Positions 58,524 through 64,000 of a stretch of DNA of 64,000 nucleotides are shown piece by piece. The notes beneath the pieces are model-generated. The model was not told the origin of the DNA. It saw nothing but the letters and a program-made list of their open reading frames with translations, and did not search any database. The position numbers and the translations under genes are program-made. Within the stretch, counting starts at the first letter, position 1. Each line of letters starts with the position of its first letter. Origin of the DNA: Rebecca billardiae RCC1528 (taxonomy: Eukaryota; Protista; Haptophyta); NCBI GenBank assembly GCA_965240325.2, contig OZ251223.1:868001-932000 (forward strand), given 5' to 3'.

Positions 58524-60081
58524 ATGCGGGCGGCGCTGTTGGCAATCCTCGCGACCTCTGCCTATGCAGAGGAGTCGGCCGATGCAGCCCTGCCCCGCGC
58601 AGAGCCTCGGTACGTGCCGCCCTTCCCTGCTGCGCGGCCGCGCGCGATCTCTGCTGCTGCTCGGGCTCTGCACTCGCGCTCAGCGGATCTGCGGCGCTGC
58701 GCTCACCGACCCGCCCTCCACCTCGCACGGCGCCACGCTGACCGGCATGCAGCCTCGAGGAGGAGGTGCCGGCCGGCCGACGTTCTCTCCTCGTTTACGA
58801 TCTACCGGACTTGACCGACAATCCGCCGTTCTCTGGCACCGAAGACGCCGATTACCTGTCCGGTGGCGACGCCGGCCCCAATCCGTGTACCTACGGCACG
58901 CCGGAGTGTTATACGCCTGGCCCGTCCGCGACAAACACGCTGTACGGCCTGGGTGGTGACGACACCCTCCGGGGTGGCGACTCAGGCTACGGCAACTACG
59001 GTCCGAGTGTAATCGCTGGTCCCGTGCAGAACACCCTGCATGGCGGACCCGGTGCCGACAAGCTGTTCGGAGGATCGGACGGGGCCGGCTGGGGCGGCTA
59101 CGTCAGCAACACCCTGTTCGGTGCGCCCACGCGCAGCAACCCTAACCCCCACCAGCCTGCCCTCGAGCGCGCTCCCTCGCCGCCTTGCCCCTCGACTGAC
59201 TACAATGAGATCCCCTGCTGGCTGCTGTGCCCCGCCCGCACAGGCGACGACGGTGATGATATTCTCTATGAAGGACAGGCGAGCGCGTCCTTTTCGGTTC
59301 AGGTCAACCGTCTCACAGGTGGGTGAAGCGGGGTGGGGCTGTCGCCGAGCGGTGCGAGTCCGCAGCTGGCACAACCCTTTTCGAGCCGCGCCAACCCAAC
59401 TCACGTCACGCACCCCTGGTGACGGTCCCTGCATGCCTGCGCGCAGGTGGGGCAGGCAAGGATGTGTTCTTTGCCGACACGCAGGCCGGGAATGTCGGCC
59501 TGGCCGGTCAACCCCGCACGTACGTCGACGCCGTCGACGGCGAGGTCGACAAAATATATGCCAATGATGGTTATTACGACTACATCAAAGCTGACCCGGA
59601 GGACATCGTGTATGCCGGCCTCGAGGATACGGTTGTTCGGACCACCCCCGGCGCGTCGCCCTCACCATCGCCGTCGCCGTCGCCATCGCCGACGCCGACG
59701 CCGACGCCAACGCCGACGCCGACCCCGACCCCAACCCCAACCCCAACCCCAACCCCAACCCCAACCCCAACCCCAATCCCAACCCCAACCCCAACCCCAA
59801 CCCCAACCCCAACGCCCACGCCCACGCCCACGCCCACGCCCACGCCGACACCATCGCCTTTGCCTTCGCCTTCGCCCACGCCCGCGCCCGCGCCGACGCC
59901 GACGCCGACACCCGCACCAGACGCCAAGCCCCATCCGAATCCCCGAGTCACTTGCCCCCCGCAGTGTGAGCGCATCCGTCGTGGGCGGCAGCGGCGGATG
60001 CTGGACACTGGCCAGCATACGCTGCTCTTTGGCGTTTTTGCCAAGCCGAAGTGCCCACCCGGATGTGTTCCAGCCGGCTAG
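58524..60081 (+). CDS. Secreted protein with hemolysin-type (RTX) Ca2+-binding nonapeptide repeats and (PT)n stalk; exons 58524-58609, 58753-59120, 59244-59318, 59447-60081
   Basis: Signal peptide; [39 protein letters not shown]; PS/PT dipeptide run; C-terminal CPPQC..CPPGC. Confidence 0.8.
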
Positions 60082-60234
60082 GGCCAGCGCCTGCTGCGAG
60101 CTCGTCCCGCTGCGTTGCATGTTTATCCAGAAGCTGTTGGCCAGGGGCCAGTACCTAGAGGCGATTCCGGCCATCAGGGCCAAAGCTGCCAGGCTCAGGC
60201 TCCACCGCCACGGGCACCGTTGGTCGGGGACCGC

Positions 60235-60884
60235 GGGGTCAGAGCTCCGATCGTTAACTGTAAACTACACTCCCGAGCGGGCCGAGCCCGAGTGACACAA
60301 TCTCCCGAAATCTCAAAATATGAAATATCTCCTCAGTTCATAACTGTTTGAGTCCGTTTAAGTTCGTTTAGGCTTAATTCCAGGGTGTAGAATCCACCTG
60401 TGCCAATTTCAGACTGTCAAAATGTGATCTAGCAGTAGAGGGGTCAGAGCCCTGTGGGGCACTGGGGGGTGCGTGGCCCAAAATCCAATCACTTCCTGTC
60501 GTCTTGAGATGAGGCTCTCAAACTTCGGGATGTCAATATTCGCCTGAACGAAATGAGCTGGGGTCACGCTGACAAGTTTTGCGAAAACAAGTCACATATA
60601 TATACTGGAGATATACGACCTCAATCTCGACGCGATCTCGGCAACATTAGTAGGGGAGATACACTCGATCTCCAAGGTGATCTCGCTATTTGCACCATCG
60701 GAATCGCACCGTCTAGATCAAATTTTGGCAGTCTGAAATTGGCACAGGCGGATTCTACACCCTGGAATTAAGCCTTAACGCCTACAAACTAGTTCGTCCA
60801 AGTAAATACCCGTGTGATAGTTCATGCTAAGAGATTTCGGGAGATTGTGGCACCCGAGAGTGTAACGGTCGGAGCTCTGACCCC
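60235..60884. mobile_element. Older inverted-repeat element hosting the Harbinger-like MITE
   Basis: GGGGTCAGAGCTCCGA..CACAATCTCCCGAAATCTC is mirrored by GAGATTTCGGGAGATTGTG..TCGGAGCTCTGACCCC; no clear TSD. Confidence 0.6.
60371..60774. mobile_element. 404-bp PIF/Harbinger-like MITE
   Basis: About 60-bp TIRs starting GGCTTAATTCCAGGGTGTAGAATCC; TTA TSD on both sides. Confidence 0.85.
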
Positions 60885-60889
60885 ACGAA

Positions 60890-61217
60890 TCTAGCAGGTG
60901 CGATTCTGGTGCAAATAGCGAAATCACCTTGGAGATCGTGCATCTCCCCTACTAAGTCGGGCTACTAATGTTGCAGAGATCGCGTCGAGATTGAGGTCGT
61001 ATATCTCCAGTATGTGACATTTGATTTTTCGCAAAACTTGTCAGCGTGACCCCAGGTCATTTCAGGCGAATATTGACATCCCAAAGTTTGAGAGCCTCAT
61101 CTCAACGGACTCAAGACGACAGAAAGTTGGATTTTGGGCCACACACGCCACAGTGGGGCTCTGACCAAAGGACCATCAAGGTATTTGATGGTCCTTTGCC
61201 CTGACCCCTCTACTGTA
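60890..61217 (-). repeat. Inverted, diverged copy of the internal core (60433-60712) of the Harbinger-like MITE, lacking its TIRs
   Basis: Reverse-complement alignment across ~280 bp with several short insertions. Confidence 0.8.
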
Positions 61218-61363
61218 GGCCACTTGGTCGCGCGCGCACGCGCGGCGTTCATCCTGATCCGCGTTGCCAATGCGCAACGGTCGCGCGCATGGTCTTGCCA
61301 AGCTCGATCGGCTATGACATCAGCATGATCTGCATCGTCGATTCGTCGTCTATGATGCAGCAT

Positions 61364-61392
61364 TGTGTGCGTCTCTTATTCTTAGTAAACTG
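61364..61392 (+). mobile_element. Micro-element family A, right-end fragment
   Basis: TGTGTGCGTCTCTTATTCTTAGTAAACTG|TA; shares its TA with the next MITE. Confidence 0.7.
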
Positions 61393-61394
61393 TA

Positions 61395-62235
61395 CAGGGG
61401 TCTCAACAATTAGCTGTATCTCTGTTTGTGCCACTGGACCGAGGCATGCGAGCACTTGATTGCCTTGTTAGATGTGGTCTAGCACAGCCCACTCCCTGGC
61501 CATTCTGACGAGTGGGTGGCTGCTTGGCCAGCTCTCCATGCTGGGCTGTGGTGCCATCCAGAGTGCGCATGTGCAGCAGCCCAGGTGGGTGCAGCGAGGG
61601 ATGAGGCAGGCAGCAGTGGGTGGTCAGCTTGAAAATCCATGCAGGCCAGCCACCAGCAGCTAGGCTGCAGAGCTCTTGGCTGCACCAGCCCCACTCCAGC
61701 CCCCTCAAGTCGGGTGGCTGGCCACCCTCGGAGTGTGTCAGCGGGTGCTGCTGCTGGCCTCCCACCGCAGGGGAGCTGACCCGACAGGTCCTTGCGCAGG
61801 TGGGGGCGCGGGATTCAAGGGCCGACTGTGCCACAGCAGCTGCATCCCATGAGCTGGCCCCCCCATGTGGCATGCAGCCCTCCCTAGGGGGTACCAGATC
61901 CACTGCCAAGCACAATTTAGGCCTGAGTCTGCGTGGGCACACGGCCCGCGACCAGTGACGACAAGCCTCCGGCAGGATCTGGTCAGCTGCGACAGGCTGT
62001 ATAACGGCTGTAGTACGCCTCGCGGCAGCCGTGCCCGTGTGACCTGCTGGTGTGCCCCGAACTCCAGCCCACGCGGCCACGCGCGCTGGCGGCTGGGGCT
62101 GACGCGCTGGGTCGAAACCGTCGTGCACGGGCCGTGGGGGCCGCCTGGATCAGCCCAGGGGGGGGCAGGGTGAGCAGTGGCGTACAGACTACAGCTCAAC
62201 GGTCAGAATGTGAGGACTAATTGTTGAGACCTGTG
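61395..62235. mobile_element. 841-bp Tc1/mariner-like non-autonomous element
   Basis: TA|CAGGGGTCTCAACAATTAG ... CTAATTGTTGAGACCTGTG|TA. Confidence 0.85.
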
Positions 62236-62325
62236 TAGTTATCTCATGCATGACTACGGCCGGTTCGCGCCCTACGCGGCACTCCTGGTGCTCCGTGCTG
62301 TGGGCGATGGCGCCATCGGCGATGC

Positions 62326-62730
62326 TCACCCAGCGACGTAGTACGAGTACTCCTCGATATGGATGCGCTCGGGCGTGATCGTGATCGTCCCCTTGGCGGA
62401 CGCCTCCGCGTCAATGTCCTTGTGGCTGTATTCAGAGCTCTTCTCCACGTACCATGTGTTCTCGCCCTTCTTCCCTGCGTGCGCGCTGTTGGTGCTCCAG
62501 CGCGGACCGCCGGTGAACTCCGACTCGAACAGAGCCGTGATGATGTCCTTAGCGAGCTGCTCTGCAGACAGATTCCCCGCCAGGTACAGAGCGACCTTCT
62601 CGCGCATGCCCGGAAGGCCGAGCAGATCAAACTCCTCGACGTTCTTGGGCGAGCTCTTGTCGTACTTGGAGGTGCGCGTGGTGAGCGGCATCGGTGGCGA
62701 TGCAGCCGCATTGGCTGGTGCGTCGCCCAT
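62326..62730 (-). CDS. Small hypothetical protein (134 aa), or first exon of a disrupted gene
   Basis: Gene-like codon usage and balanced composition (EEFDLLGLPGMREKVALYL...); no recognised domain. The ORF ends at GG|GTGAG, which could also be a splice donor. Confidence 0.5.
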   Translation of the reverse strand: MGDAPANAAASPPMPLTTRTSKYDKSSPKNVEEFDLLGLPGMREKVALYLAGNLSAEQLAKDIITALFESEFTGGPRWSTNSAHAGKKGENTWYVEKSSEYSHKDIDAEASAKGTITITPERIHIEEYSYYVAG

Positions 62731-62818
62731 GCTGCTGCCGCGCACAGCCTAGCCCCGCAGGTCCAGCGACTCCAGCCCCGGCCGCGGACGCTGGCGGCCG
62801 ACCGACCGACCAGGCGAC

Positions 62819-63913
62819 CAAGGGTGGTCAGGGTCGCCGACTCCAGTGGGCAGTGGCGTCCGGCGCCGGCCGCCGGAGCTTCACCTCCGATTTTTTGCAG
62901 CGGCGCGGCGCGCGGGGCCGCCGCCGCTGTGGCGGGCCGCTCGGGGCGTGCACGGCGTGGGCTCGTGCGGCCGCTGCCGCGCACGCCGAGCGATCCGGCG
63001 CGGGCTCGCGGCTTGTCGATGGCCTCGCGCGCCGCAGCGCGACGCGCGCCTTGCCTAGCTTCGCCTGTCTCGCGCCTTGGCCGCCGTGCACGCGTGCGCC
63101 GCCAAACCGCAAGCTCGGCATAGCTCTCAGCCGAGCGTGCACGTGCCTTGCGCGACGCGACGCGGGCATTGCCGGCGGGTGATGTAGCCGTAGTGCGAGC
63201 GCGCGTCGTGAAGCCTCGGCGCGGATCGTGAGTGTCTTCAACGTCTCGGTCAGCTGTCGACAACAGCTGACGGCACCAACCACCAATGATGGACACCACG
63301 GTCCTCCGTTGAACGACTCTCAGGGCTATCGCGACGCTGCAACTCGTGAAGACTAGTCGGGCGTTGTTGTCAAGAAGACACACGCCACTATGTCATGCGT
63401 GCGGGCCTTGCGTGACGATGCGACATGGCGATCGCCCCGGCAAGAGAGTCAGTCGTCAAGCTTTCTGCTCAACGCACAGACGGTCCACGCGCGTACGCGG
63501 CATCGTCTCATTGCTCTCGATCCGCGCCGAGGCTTCACGACGCGCGCTCGCACTACGGCTACATCACCCGCCGGCAATGCCCGCGTCGCGTCGCGCAAGG
63601 CACGTGCACGCTCGGCTGAGAGCTATGCCGAGCTTGCGGTTTGGCGGCGCACGCGTGCACGGCGGCCAAGGCGCGAGACAGGCGAAGCTAGGCAAGGCGC
63701 GCGTCGCGCTGCGGCGCGCGAGGCCATCGACAAGCCGCGAGCCCGCGCCGGATCGCTCGGCGTGCGCGGCAGCGGCCGCACGAGCCCACGCCGTGCACGC
63801 CCCGAGCGGCCCGCCACAGCGGCGGCGGCCCCGCGCGCCGCGCCGCTGCAAAAAATCGGAGGTGAAGCTCCGGCGCCGGACGCCACTGGAGTCGGCGACC
63901 CTGACCACCCTTG
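62819..63913. repeat. Long inverted repeat: arms 62819-63228 and 63518-63913, 289-bp spacer
   Basis: Arms appear identical except for two 7-nt insertions in the left arm. Confidence 0.95.
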
Positions 63914-64000
63914 CTGACGCGAGGCGACCACGTCAAGTCGTCCACCGACCAGGGTGGGCATTCGGCACAACGATGGCGTCCGCGGCCACCCAGACGGTCG

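Noticed and set aside
59640-59920. CCCAAC repeats as telomeric or interstitial telomere sequence
   Set aside because: In-frame Pro-Thr codons with synonymous variation inside a coding exon.

Overview
GC-rich eukaryotic nuclear DNA with spliceosomal GT-AG introns (donor mostly GTGCG, acceptor mostly GCAG). Bipartite plastid-type presequences, a flagellar docking-complex gene and the very high GC suggest a secondary-plastid alga such as a haptophyte; this is inference, not a database result. About 20 protein-coding genes are supported: VPS26C, histone H2B, mitochondrial ClpB/Hsp78, a membrane matrixin-like protease, a C2HC zinc-finger protein, an FAD monooxygenase, RPL8, a PDZ protein, an ODA-DC-like coiled-coil protein, EamA, GH16, EMC4, an SLC38-like transporter, HSF, a sulfotransferase, TIM9, a CDK7-like kinase, a GAR-motif protein, a methyltransferase-GT25 fusion, an NPH3-type BTB coiled-coil protein and an RTX-repeat secreted protein. 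Fourteen of them form seven tight head-to-head pairs, and most gaps outside those pairs are packed with mobile DNA. The mobile DNA includes a (TA)n-embedded RLE-type non-LTR retrotransposon family, an internally deleted pogo-like transposon, a solo LTR, Tc1/mariner-, hAT- and Harbinger-like MITEs, a 62-bp micro-element in five copies, and a ~400-bp near-perfect inverted repeat between two divergent ORF starts. Copies of these elements differ largely by short duplication-plus-palindromic-base insertions that look like transposon excision footprints. No rRNA, intact tRNA or CRISPR array was found.
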